Positions 27,724 to 37,610 of a stretch of 64,000 nt of DNA are shown in pieces. Under the pieces are notes generated by a model. It worked only from the letters and a program-made list of their open reading frames with translations, was not told where the DNA came from and made no database searches. Made by a program: the position numbers and the translations under genes. The stretch is from a virus (lineage: Duplodnaviria; Caudoviricetes), in IMG/VR virus record IMGVR_UViG_3300042453_002790, positions 751 to 64,750 of that record; one strand, written 5' to 3'. Every line of letters begins with the position of its first letter. The stretch's first letter is position 1.

Positions 27724-27748
27724 GTTCAATAATATATTTATTTATGTA

Positions 27749-28756
27749 TCAGTCAAGAGCTACGTTAAGAGTAATCTTGATTTGGTCTCCGTTGTTCTGA
27801 ATGCTGTAAGGACCATTTGTGAATCTTTCAGCATACATAATTGAACTATAAAGAGTCGCGGTATTAAGTCCAACAGTTGCATTCATTGTTGGAGAAAGAG
27901 CAGGAGTTGTATAGAACTCATTTGCATTAGGAACGCTAAAGACAGTATATGTTCCAGATGCAGTGGTAGTATTTCCTGTTCCAGCAGCGATGTAAAGAAC
28001 ATCTCCAGCTACTAGTTGGTGTCCTGTTGCACTGATCTTACCGAAACTAAAGGTAACACTTGGGTCTGTAGCAACCTGAATGTTATCGATAAGAGCTTTA
28101 TCAAGATATACAACTTTTAGAGCTCTATCAATACCAATAACTTGAGTTCCTGTTTGAATTCCAGCATTACCACCAACAATCATTCCTAGAGTCAAATCAT
28201 CAACGCTTTGATCTGGGTCAATTGTAATGTATTGGTTTCCAACAACACCAATCACTGGATCAGTGTTATCTCCTTTGGATACTGTAGTTCCGACGCCTAC
28301 AGAAGCAAAGTGTTGAACACCTTGAACTGAAACTGGCATATTATTTGCACGGGTTACATAGTAACCATAAACATCACCAGCGTCTCCAGTAAATGTAAAT
28401 GTTTGTTCTGGATAAGTAGCAGTGGTTCCAGAACCTACATTATTGATTCTCCAACGAGATCCATTGAGGAGAATACCTGTTTGTGATGTGTAACTCTGAT
28501 CTGTTCTATTATTTACGCAATATGGATAACCGGTTGATGGTGCATATCCATAAGCGTTAGTATTACCAACTCCATATGGTTCAAAATAAGCGGTAGGGGA
28601 AGGAACATCCGATTCCGCTGGAGTCGTGTTACTAGTGAAGAGTTTGAGAACTAGGTTTCTTGGAGATTGATCAGCTAAAGATGCAGTATGATTATTCTGA
28701 GCAATCAAATACCTTAGTGACTCAATTTCTCCAATATTAGGGACTAACAGTGCCAT
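27749..28756 (-). CDS. Virion structural protein, probably abundant
   Basis: 335 aa, MALLVPNIGE...LKLFTSNTTP...TATYPEQTFTF...VYGYYV...AERFTNGPY.IQNNGDQIKIT; has its own late promoter, GGAG RBS and terminator. Confidence 0.68.
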   Translation of the reverse strand: MALLVPNIGEIESLRYLIAQNNHTASLADQSPRNLVLKLFTSNTTPAESDVPSPTAYFEPYGVGNTNAYGYAPSTGYPYCVNNRTDQSYTSQTGILLNGSRWRINNVGSGTTATYPEQTFTFTGDAGDVYGYYVTRANNMPVSVQGVQHFASVGVGTTVSKGDNTDPVIGVVGNQYITIDPDQSVDDLTLGMIVGGNAGIQTGTQVIGIDRALKVVYLDKALIDNIQVATDPSVTFSFGKISATGHQLVAGDVLYIAAGTGNTTTASGTYTVFSVPNANEFYTTPALSPTMNATVGLNTATLYSSIMYAERFTNGPYSIQNNGDQIKITLNVALD

Positions 28757-28800
28757 TTAAACAACTCCGTACTACTTGGTGACGTTTTGATAACTATCTT

Positions 28801-28808
28801 TATTTATA
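28801..28808 (-). promoter_or_regulatory. Late promoter TATAAATA for the 335-aa gene
   Basis: Exact match overlapping the stop codon of the upstream gene. Confidence 0.75.
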
Positions 28809-29481
28809 ATTTTAATTTTAAAGAGATTAAAAATCGATTTATGTTATTGACTGCAATAACATCAAAAGTCAAGATATCACCAGCAACAATAGAAGTATCC
28901 CAATTATTTAGGTTATCATCTCTAATTTTTCTAGAGTTTGTCATTTGGGGATATACTCCACCAACAATAGAAGTAAATGTAGGAAAATCCGAATAATTGG
29001 ATTTTTTAATATCCAAAGTCAAATCTCCTTGTTGATCAGAAAGAATTGTTAAAGATTCTATAATTCCACTTACATCCAAGGTAACTGATCCTTTATTTCC
29101 AGAAAGCATTGCAATAGATCCACTATCAATTACATAATTAATAGTTCTAGTTAAATCTGCAGTTGTCGCAAGAGCTATGATGAAAACATCATCACCGGGA
29201 TTTGGAGGAACCGTAAAAATTATATTATCAGTAGAAGTAGTGTAATCTTCTACTGGCTCTAAAACAAGATTATTTTTAACAACTATAAGTTGTTGGTCAT
29301 TAATAGGGACATATGCATTTCCCCCTGTTGATAATCCAAAAGTTTGTGCAATTCCAGTGAATTGTGAATTTATATTATCAAGAATAATATTTCCATATTG
29401 AATGGATTTAGTGGGAATTTCATAATCTACCCCAATCCTATACGGACCAGGTTCATTTAACGTTACTATGTAATCTGACAT
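28804..29481 (-). CDS. Virion structural protein
   Basis: 225 aa; contains the LD.I..QF.G....F.L...QLIVV.N..V.EP..DY......I.F..PP module also seen in gp7. Confidence 0.65.
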   Translation of the reverse strand: MSDYIVTLNEPGPYRIGVDYEIPTKSIQYGNIILDNINSQFTGIAQTFGLSTGGNAYVPINDQQLIVVKNNLVLEPVEDYTTSTDNIIFTVPPNPGDDVFIIALATTADLTRTINYVIDSGSIAMLSGNKGSVTLDVSGIIESLTILSDQQGDLTLDIKKSNYSDFPTFTSIVGGVYPQMTNSRKIRDDNLNNWDTSIVAGDILTFDVIAVNNINRFLISLKLKL

Positions 29482-29813
29482 TATGATACCCCCGGAGTTA
29501 CCAGAACATTTCCTTGAACAGCTCTGGTTCTGTAAGAATTAGGAGAAATAAGAATAACATCATAAACATAACGACCACCTTCAATTGCATCTGTTGCAGT
29601 GTATCCCATAGAAACCGCAATTTTTCCATTCAATCTATCTACAAAAGTGAGAGTTAATGGATATGCAGTAGAAGATGATGGATGTTTTCTAATTGAAGAA
29701 ATTCCAGTATATCCTGTCAAATTTAATGGTGCATTATTAGTATTCCTAATTGTAAAGGTGGCTTGAAAGTCAACCCCTTGTTCAAGAACTAAGTTTACAT
29801 TCCTTGCCGCCAT
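29481..29813 (-). CDS. Small Ig-like virion adaptor protein (BppU N-terminal-like)
   Basis: NLVLEQGVDF...LNLTGY...IRK...GRYVYDV...R.VQG.V.VTPGV; CATAAATA at 29834-29841. Confidence 0.68.
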   Translation of the reverse strand: MAARNVNLVLEQGVDFQATFTIRNTNNAPLNLTGYTGISSIRKHPSSSTAYPLTLTFVDRLNGKIAVSMGYTATDAIEGGRYVYDVILISPNSYRTRAVQGNVLVTPGVS

Positions 29814-29836
29814 TATTAGAATCCGCTTTTAAGTAT

Positions 29837-30079
29837 TTATGAATTGGAGTCCATTTTTTTAAGAAGCAATTTCATCATCTCTTTCATTTCATTCACATCA
29901 GATTTTAATTGTTCAATTTCATTAACTTTTTCATTCATTTCAGTTAATTTATTTACTTCATTCATTTTTATAGATTTCACCTCCAAGTATTTTTGATAGT
30001 CGGAATCAGAACAATTTAAAATAGCACTAGTTTTTTTATCTCGATATAATCCTTTGTTACCTTCTACTGGTATTAACAT
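29837..30079 (-). CDS. Conserved small coiled-coil protein
   Basis: IPVEGNKGLYRD..TSAILN followed by a heptad-rich C-terminus. Confidence 0.72.
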   Translation of the reverse strand: MLIPVEGNKGLYRDKKTSAILNCSDSDYQKYLEVKSIKMNEVNKLTEMNEKVNEIEQLKSDVNEMKEMMKLLLKKMDSNS

Positions 30080-30084
30080 AATTT

Positions 30085-33000
30085 TTAAATAGTTGCAATA
30101 ACTCTAAAATCTCTAATTTTTGGAACAAAAGCTGAATTAGTACCAGACATTAAGATCTTTATTTGGAATCCATTAAATTGTGGTAAATTTGATGCAGTAA
30201 ATTCATATGACTTGTAATCAGTTTCTGATGTAGAATCACTTACTCTTCTATCTGGTCTTCCATTATTATTTGCTGGATCTATAATCTGTGCATTTGAATC
30301 CAAATTATCATATCCAGGGAATAATTGCCAAAGTTGAGTTGCTACAGGTGAATCTGGTCTAAAAATTCTATAACATACTCTAATGTCATTTGTTGAATGC
30401 TTAAAGGCATCAAAGAATACTTTCAAGTTATCCGCTGCTTTATCTAAAGTAACAATATTACTCAAATAAGTTGCCGCGGTTGGATCATCTATTAAAGAAT
30501 TAACTCTTGGATCAGTTGCATAATTTTCTATTTTCGAATTAATTCGATTAGCCGTGGTAATTACATTAACTCTATCCAAATCAATCATCGGAGAAACTTT
30601 TTCATCTTCGGTACTCAATGTCAATTCCATTGTAAATGATTTTTTACCTGGGAAGTTGGATAAGTATGCATCTTCATTAATTTGAGAACAAATAATTCTT
30701 GGTGAATCAAATTCATTATTTGAATTTAAAGATACATCTACAAATCCTTGATCCAAGAATGATGTGAGATCACTATCTGGGGAAGATCCACTGAAAGTTC
30801 TTGCCTTTGCCGATATTGAAGTTTTTTGTGGTAGTAGTGTTTGGAAATTAGGTCTAATAGAAGTAAATGGTATATTTTGAGTTGCTTTTGGACCTTTTGG
30901 TGATCCCATTAATGGAACCGTATCATAAGATCCACAAGATTTATCTGCATTAAAATAGAGAGCAGGATATCCGAGACCATTTCCTGGAGTTCTATCAATA
31001 CCTCTACTACTCATTCCAACTTTAATATAATAATGGTCTAGATCTGTTGGATAAGTTACTAAGTTTGTATCTGATATATTATGAGTTTTGTTTATTCTTC
31101 TTAAAGATACTCCATTTAATTCATATTTAAATACTGGGAATTCTAGATCATAAGCTCCAGAAATAGTATTGTCAATATTTCTAGTTATTCCAGTCAAACT
31201 ATTAGTAGCAGTAACAACTCCTGTATATGAAATAACTTCACTATCAATTAAAATATATCCAGGATTCACTGAAGAAACAGGAACATTTTCAAAACTAGTA
31301 AATATTCCGACAGAACTTACCGCAATGTTACTTGTAGAAGTTGAACTGTATGTATTTTTTAATGTTTCTGGTCTTTGATCTGGTTCTATACCCGTAAGTG
31401 TTACCTTATCAACCAAGGAATACATTCCATGATTATTGTGACTGACTTTGAAGTGTAGTCCATCAGTAAGGTCATTAATAGTGGTTACAGATGCGCCAGA
31501 GAGAAGTGATGTTCCACTAGTTCCGACGTAATACAAACTATCAACCGAGTTTTGATTAAGGGTTCCCTGTACTCTATCTACTAATAAAGAATTAAAGGAA
31601 GAAATTACCCCCACAGTATTTGGAATAGTAAGAATTAAATTAGTTCCAAGTCCATCTGTTTGTGAATAATTAACTTCCAATGAATCACCATAAGCATATC
31701 CTGTTCCACCGATGGAAACTGTAGCCGCAATAGCAACTCCGTTTTCAACACTCAAATTAACCTTTGCTCCAAATCCAGAACCAGTTATAGAAACAATATC
31801 TACATTGGAATAAGTTTTGAAAGTTGTTGTAAATGCAATTCCTGGTGAAGTTACTAGTAGAGAATTTCCAATTCCTATAGATCCAACTATACTCTTTAGA
31901 TTAGATCTAAAGGTTGGATTATTACTCTGCAATATTGGACTTCCAGGAGTTAATCCAGTAACTTCAGAAGAAGTTAAACTCTTACCTAAACCAATTAGGG
32001 TTGATTTGGAAATACAATCTAATGGATTTGGTCTTAACGTAACAATTTGATTATTACCAACATCCAATTTAGGATTATAGAATCTAACTGTAGAAGATCC
32101 GGTAACAAATTTTGCTCTGTAGAGAGTTAGTTTTAAATCTTCTAACTGACTTGGATCCCATGTTGCACCATTCTGAGATTTAAAGAGTGAACCCAATAGA
32201 GGTTGTTGAGCCACAACTATCTTTTGAGATTCTGGTAAATTTAATGTAGTCACATCCTCTTCGCCCATTCTGGAAATCCATACTGTATATTCATTAGAAG
32301 CAGAAAGTAATACAATAGCGTAAGAATTTCCACTTTCAAGATAAACTGGAGATGGGAAAGTAAATGTTGTTGGAGTTTTTCCATCAAGAGAAACATTTAC
32401 ATTTTCTGGATCTAAAACTACTTCTCCAAAAGGAATAATAGTTGTTGTAGGCAAACCAGTTTGCATGGTTCTGATTTGCATTGTAACTGGCAAATTATTG
32501 GTATCTTTTGTTCTAAAGAAAACATCACATTTTGTAATAAATACTCCATTTTCATCAGGAACTTCAAAAGATTGTGCAAGAGGATCAACCCATCTACTTT
32601 GAACAACCGATCTATTAATAAAAGAAGTTCCTGCTTGTAGTGTAGTTTGTTGACTACTTAATGTTCTTTCCTCAGTTCTGTTAATTCTCTCTACATTTGC
32701 ATTTCTAGTTCGTAGAGTAACTTCTTCGGTATTATTTAAAGTTCCAGAAGAACTAAACTTAGCGTCAGCAGTACTATCTGTTGAACCAACAATAGTGGTA
32801 TTAGATGAACTAGTTGTTAGAACAAAAGTTTTTGTTCCAGTTTCAAAAGATGGAGTAGATGGTAATCTAGAATTTGGAATGAATAGAGATCCGATTAAAG
32901 TACCTGCAGTATCAGTAACTAATCTTACATCAGTTACTGTAGCAATTGCTTTGGTAGTTTCACCTTTCAATTGCATACTCTTAATGATATGCCCATAAAA

Positions 33001-36000
33001 TCCAGAAGCAGATTGTAGTTCTAAGGAAGCAGTATCAACGTTTAATATAGTAGAAGTTGTTGAATATGATGAAGGTATTATTTGAGATGGTACATAAGGA
33101 TTATCGGTAAAAACTTGATTTGGATTATTATACGGACCATACTTATGATTTGGAGTAGCTAATCTAAATCTAATTGAAGTCGTTCCAAAAGTACCAACAA
33201 CTGTTTCCCCAGTAGCAAAAGTACCACTTTGCATTTGGACTTCGATAAGTTTTGGAAGAACGTACTTGTTCATATCAACATTATCAAAGAATGCATACAT
33301 TCTTGTTTTTGGTTTTAATCTTCTAGCTATAAATTCAACATTTCTAGATCTCATCACATGGATAACTTCTGTTGATACAACAAAAGTACCAAGGCTAACA
33401 GAATCAAATCTTTCAGATACTTTATATTGGATACCTTGTCTAGCTTGTTTTGTAGTAGTTAATGTAGTTACATTTGTAAAATTAGTATATTGATCCCGAT
33501 AATTTACGGTTGTTGTTTCCCAAATAGCTCTTCCTTTTCCTCTACTTCTACTTTCTCTACTGACACTTCTAGAAGTTTCTTTTGTACCAATATAGATACT
33601 ACCCATGTTTTGTCTGGCAATTTCTTGTGTACCAGTCCAAGTAGTTTCCCATGCACCCCAGTCAATTGGAGATAATCCAGTATTAGTATCAACACCAAGT
33701 TGTTGTATTGTGCTTGTATAGTTTCCTTCTTGGTCTACAGTTCTCTTTGTACCTCTAGTTTCAATCCAAGTATCAGTTGCAGGATTTAATTCAATCGCAC
33801 CAATCCAATTAACAACGTGGAATGGATTGACATTTTCAGCTCTAGTTGCAAAAGTATTTTTAAGAAACTCTACATCCGTATACTTTAGACAAACAATATC
33901 ACCAACTTTAACTGTATTTGGATTTCCAAGATCTTTGACAAATCTTAAATCTGCATCCGGATTTGAAGTATTTGATGCTCCAATTACTGCTTCTGACCCC
34001 AGAAGAAGATCCAGTGAAGTAGTATAATGTTGAGGTCTCAACAATCCTTCTTTTGTATCAATACTACATTTATGTTGTGGATCTCCTAAAGATCCCGTTT
34101 GCACTGACTTAAAGTTATCAACAAGGAAACCACACTTAAATCTATCTAGTTGTGTGGAAGAATCTCTCAAAGTTAGATTCTTAGTATCAGTTTCTAGAAG
34201 AGATAGTGAAGTATAGTATTCAATATTTCTTATTCTATCTTCAAGTCTAGCTATATCTTGCATTCTATAACGTTTATGTGAGGAGAGTTGTACGGTTACA
34301 TCTCCAATGTCATAAACATATGGATTCATAGTAATAGTAGCTACTTCTAGAGCATTTTCAATAGTGCTTGGAGAAATTGGAGTTAATGATGGTACTCCTT
34401 TCGAAACGAAAAATTCTCCATACCTATTGAGATATAACTTGTCAATTCTACCAAGATAATATGAATAAGATAAAAATAGATTTTTGTCCTTGGCAAAATT
34501 ATACGGTGTAGAATTTGTCGCAGGTAAAAACTTCCTTGATTGAAATTCGAATGGAGAATATGGAGTTATTGAACTATTATATGGACTAACTCTTGGTCTA
34601 AGATCAATGATATCACTTGCTCTGTAGAAAGAAACAAAGGGTAATTCTGAAGCATATCTTTCACGATCATACGAATCAACTGTTACAAAATCTCCATCAT
34701 CATTTGGATCTATGTAATAATAATTATATACTATTTTCAATCTTTTTGTTGGTGGAGTTACTCCTGAATTTCTTCGTATTGATGAATAATCAACTATTTC
34801 TGGAGTTTGTCCACTTTCAAATTTAAAATCGTTTACAATATTTCTATCACCCTCTATTAGTAAACTTACTTCTGCTGTAACATTTGATTCAGCAAAAAGA
34901 ATTTTTTCGCCTTTACTAAAAGTATTTTCATTAATATATACAAATTCTACTTGATTTGTTCCATTAGTTGAAACAAATAATGCCATCGTATTACTTGTTT
35001 CTCCATAGATTATTTCGCCCTTAATAGTATTTAAAATATTTGCATTTAAATTAGTAAGTTCTAATTTTGGTAAATCAGCATCATTTTCATCAGAAGATTC
35101 AAAAATTCCAGTAACAAAAATTACATCTGGAACATTCAGGGATATTCTATCATCTTGTACTCTCGTTCCATAATAAGGACTATAAGTTAGTCCATCATTA
35201 AGAGTTGTACTGCCTATTCCGGATGAAGTATTGCTGGAATTTCTTATATCCAAAACTGCACATCTATTATAGATCTTCTTTCTGGCTTTTAATTGTCTTT
35301 TTCTTAAAGTGACAGTTAGTGTTGCTGGACCATTTTGGCTCAAATTTACTAGTGTTAAAGTTCTACCAGAAGTAATTGTAAATTGACTAGAAGTTAAACT
35401 TTCAATAGTTCCGTCATCAAATACTAAGGAATAATCTTCTTCGTCAAATGGCTCCAAAGTAATACTAGTATTGCTTTCTAAAGTTGCTGTTAATCCATTA
35501 GAAGAAATAACTACTGAATATGATTTTCTATAAACTATTTCGCCTTCAGAAACATCTACGTTAGCGATATTTGTATTTTCTAGTTCTGTAAATAAGAATG
35601 ATTCTCTATTGTTTATTAGTACAGAAACTCCCTTAAATAAATCGGTTACAGAAGTCGAACTTGTAGGTAATCCTCCACTATTAACTCCAACAACATTTGG
35701 AGTTGCTTGAACAGTTATACTTTTACCAGAAGCATTTATGGAAGTTACTCTATTATAAGTTGGTAATGTTTGACCGGGTTTTGTATAAACAAAAATGTCA
35801 CCAGTATTGATTCCTACTCCAAAAGTTGAAGCGGATGTTGTTACTGTACTTATTCCACCGGAACCGGCAGAAATAGTAAATCCTGTGCCTTGTGGAGCAA
35901 GAGGAATACCTCCAGATATTACGGTATCTGCAGTAAAAGATGTAGTGGTTCCTACAAATCCAACAACTTGTCTGACATCTCCTAGATTATAATCTCGAAC

Positions 36001-37605
36001 AGCAGTTATTGTTCTGGAAACATCTTGACCATCAATTTTTAATTGTTCTCCAACAGTAAATGCGCCAACAACTTGATATAATACTAATTGATTAGTATTT
36101 ACAGCATCTAAAGCCAAATAAGCAGATGCTGAGCTATTTTTACCTTCAATAAATGCTGGTTTAGATAAAGTTATAGTAGTATTTAATTGTAAATACGTAT
36201 AAGTTTGTAAGTCAAAAACGGATCCTTCAAAAACAGTAGAAACGTCTTCATATGCAGCGTCTCTTAGTTTTAAATCATAAACTCTACCAACTCCGATAGG
36301 AATTCCAGATGGAAGACCCTGCGTTACTGTTCTCTGAGAATATAGTGTTACTTGACTAGTTGTACCAAATCCAACAGGAATAGTTCCATAAACATTATTA
36401 ATTTGTACCTGATTACCTAAACTAAAAGGAACAGTTGTATTTGAAACTCTTTCGGAAGTTCTTGGTTTTTCTAAATCTGCGTTTACTGTTACTAGAGTTT
36501 CTACCTCATACCCCTTAACATAAGCTTTACCTGGGGAAATTTGCAATGTTAAGAGATCATTTGAAGGTGTATTTCCTTGTTTTGTCAATTGTCCAGGATT
36601 ATAAACCCCATCATTACCGATTTTGTTGTTTAATGATTCTTTAGCAATAACACTGAAGGGTTTTACATAATAATCTCCCGATTCATCACTGGTTCTTCGT
36701 GCTAGTTCGTCAGATATTAATTTTGGAGTATCTTCTTTTTTGGAAACTTTTTTAATGATTCCATTTTCAATTCTTAATAACTCTACAAAATTTTCATCGT
36801 TGAAATCATCTATAGATTTTTTGATTAGAGTTGCTACAATTCTTAATCTGTCAGCTCCTGGAGCAGCAAAATTGGAAAATCCCCTTGCATTGTCAAATAA
36901 ATCTGCATTTTGTTGAGATGGTACAGCAATATCTTCAAAAATGGATAGACCAACTCTATATGAAGGTAAATTGCTGTATTGATCTAATATTACAGTTTGT
37001 GGGAAAACATCTACAAAGAATCCTCTTATAAAGTATACACCCTCTTCTATTTTTATAGCAGATCCAGTAGCTGTGGAGTTTGATATGGTAGTAGTCGCAA
37101 ATGAAGATTCTAATCTAATAACACCTAAACCGTAGTCAATATTCTCCAATACAATAAGGTTTTCCCCATCAACAAATTTACTATTAGTAAAATCAGTTTC
37201 ACTGGAACTTTGATATTTTATGTATAGGGTATAATTATCATTTTCGGATTCTTCACTAGTAATATATCGTTCGATTTTAGCAAATACACCACTAGTTTCG
37301 CCTTTTATTTTTTTATCTATCAAATAATCTAGGTAAACTGATACTGGAATGCCAAGGTGAGTCGGATCAATTTGTACACAAGTATACTCCGAATCATAGG
37401 CAATATTTCCAGGAATTACAACAGCTCCTTCTTTGAAGAAATGCTTACCAAATTTTTCAACTTGATTTTGTAAGATTGATTGGAGAGTTGTTAATTCTCT
37501 TGCTTGAATTGGAGTTCCTGGCTTAAATAAAACTCTTTGATAATTTTTCTTTGGATCAAAATCATCAAAGTATGGAGATGTGTTTAAGTTGGTATTTTGT
37601 GCCAT
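30085..37605 (-). CDS. DUF4815/VrlC-like giant virion structural protein
   Basis: MAQNTNLNTSPYFDDFD..KNYQRVLFKPG.PIQARELTTLQSILQNQ, APGADRL, LARRT.DESGDY.V, KRY.M.DI.RLE.RI.N.EYYTSLSLLE, DPLAQSF, GSLFKSQN. Confidence 0.88.
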   Translation of the reverse strand: MAQNTNLNTSPYFDDFDPKKNYQRVLFKPGTPIQARELTTLQSILQNQVEKFGKHFFKEGAVVIPGNIAYDSEYTCVQIDPTHLGIPVSVYLDYLIDKKIKGETSGVFAKIERYITSEESENDNYTLYIKYQSSSETDFTNSKFVDGENLIVLENIDYGLGVIRLESSFATTTISNSTATGSAIKIEEGVYFIRGFFVDVFPQTVILDQYSNLPSYRVGLSIFEDIAVPSQQNADLFDNARGFSNFAAPGADRLRIVATLIKKSIDDFNDENFVELLRIENGIIKKVSKKEDTPKLISDELARRTSDESGDYYVKPFSVIAKESLNNKIGNDGVYNPGQLTKQGNTPSNDLLTLQISPGKAYVKGYEVETLVTVNADLEKPRTSERVSNTTVPFSLGNQVQINNVYGTIPVGFGTTSQVTLYSQRTVTQGLPSGIPIGVGRVYDLKLRDAAYEDVSTVFEGSVFDLQTYTYLQLNTTITLSKPAFIEGKNSSASAYLALDAVNTNQLVLYQVVGAFTVGEQLKIDGQDVSRTITAVRDYNLGDVRQVVGFVGTTTSFTADTVISGGIPLAPQGTGFTISAGSGGISTVTTSASTFGVGINTGDIFVYTKPGQTLPTYNRVTSINASGKSITVQATPNVVGVNSGGLPTSSTSVTDLFKGVSVLINNRESFLFTELENTNIANVDVSEGEIVYRKSYSVVISSNGLTATLESNTSITLEPFDEEDYSLVFDDGTIESLTSSQFTITSGRTLTLVNLSQNGPATLTVTLRKRQLKARKKIYNRCAVLDIRNSSNTSSGIGSTTLNDGLTYSPYYGTRVQDDRISLNVPDVIFVTGIFESSDENDADLPKLELTNLNANILNTIKGEIIYGETSNTMALFVSTNGTNQVEFVYINENTFSKGEKILFAESNVTAEVSLLIEGDRNIVNDFKFESGQTPEIVDYSSIRRNSGVTPPTKRLKIVYNYYYIDPNDDGDFVTVDSYDRERYASELPFVSFYRASDIIDLRPRVSPYNSSITPYSPFEFQSRKFLPATNSTPYNFAKDKNLFLSYSYYLGRIDKLYLNRYGEFFVSKGVPSLTPISPSTIENALEVATITMNPYVYDIGDVTVQLSSHKRYRMQDIARLEDRIRNIEYYTSLSLLETDTKNLTLRDSSTQLDRFKCGFLVDNFKSVQTGSLGDPQHKCSIDTKEGLLRPQHYTTSLDLLLGSEAVIGASNTSNPDADLRFVKDLGNPNTVKVGDIVCLKYTDVEFLKNTFATRAENVNPFHVVNWIGAIELNPATDTWIETRGTKRTVDQEGNYTSTIQQLGVDTNTGLSPIDWGAWETTWTGTQEIARQNMGSIYIGTKETSRSVSRESRSRGKGRAIWETTTVNYRDQYTNFTNVTTLTTTKQARQGIQYKVSERFDSVSLGTFVVSTEVIHVMRSRNVEFIARRLKPKTRMYAFFDNVDMNKYVLPKLIEVQMQSGTFATGETVVGTFGTTSIRFRLATPNHKYGPYNNPNQVFTDNPYVPSQIIPSSYSTTSTILNVDTASLELQSASGFYGHIIKSMQLKGETTKAIATVTDVRLVTDTAGTLIGSLFIPNSRLPSTPSFETGTKTFVLTTSSSNTTIVGSTDSTADAKFSSSGTLNNTEEVTLRTRNANVERINRTEERTLSSQQTTLQAGTSFINRSVVQSRWVDPLAQSFEVPDENGVFITKCDVFFRTKDTNNLPVTMQIRTMQTGLPTTTIIPFGEVVLDPENVNVSLDGKTPTTFTFPSPVYLESGNSYAIVLLSASNEYTVWISRMGEEDVTTLNLPESQKIVVAQQPLLGSLFKSQNGATWDPSQLEDLKLTLYRAKFVTGSSTVRFYNPKLDVGNNQIVTLRPNPLDCISKSTLIGLGKSLTSSEVTGLTPGSPILQSNNPTFRSNLKSIVGSIGIGNSLLVTSPGIAFTTTFKTYSNVDIVSITGSGFGAKVNLSVENGVAIAATVSIGGTGYAYGDSLEVNYSQTDGLGTNLILTIPNTVGVISSFNSLLVDRVQGTLNQNSVDSLYYVGTSGTSLLSGASVTTINDLTDGLHFKVSHNNHGMYSLVDKVTLTGIEPDQRPETLKNTYSSTSTSNIAVSSVGIFTSFENVPVSSVNPGYILIDSEVISYTGVVTATNSLTGITRNIDNTISGAYDLEFPVFKYELNGVSLRRINKTHNISDTNLVTYPTDLDHYYIKVGMSSRGIDRTPGNGLGYPALYFNADKSCGSYDTVPLMGSPKGPKATQNIPFTSIRPNFQTLLPQKTSISAKARTFSGSSPDSDLTSFLDQGFVDVSLNSNNEFDSPRIICSQINEDAYLSNFPGKKSFTMELTLSTEDEKVSPMIDLDRVNVITTANRINSKIENYATDPRVNSLIDDPTAATYLSNIVTLDKAADNLKVFFDAFKHSTNDIRVCYRIFRPDSPVATQLWQLFPGYDNLDSNAQIIDPANNNGRPDRRVSDSTSETDYKSYEFTASNLPQFNGFQIKILMSGTNSAFVPKIRDFRVIATI

Positions 37606-37610
37606 TTTTA

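Noticed and set aside
27749-28756. Major capsid protein call for the 335-aa gene
   Set aside because: No gp23-like motifs, and the location is wrong for the T4-type head module
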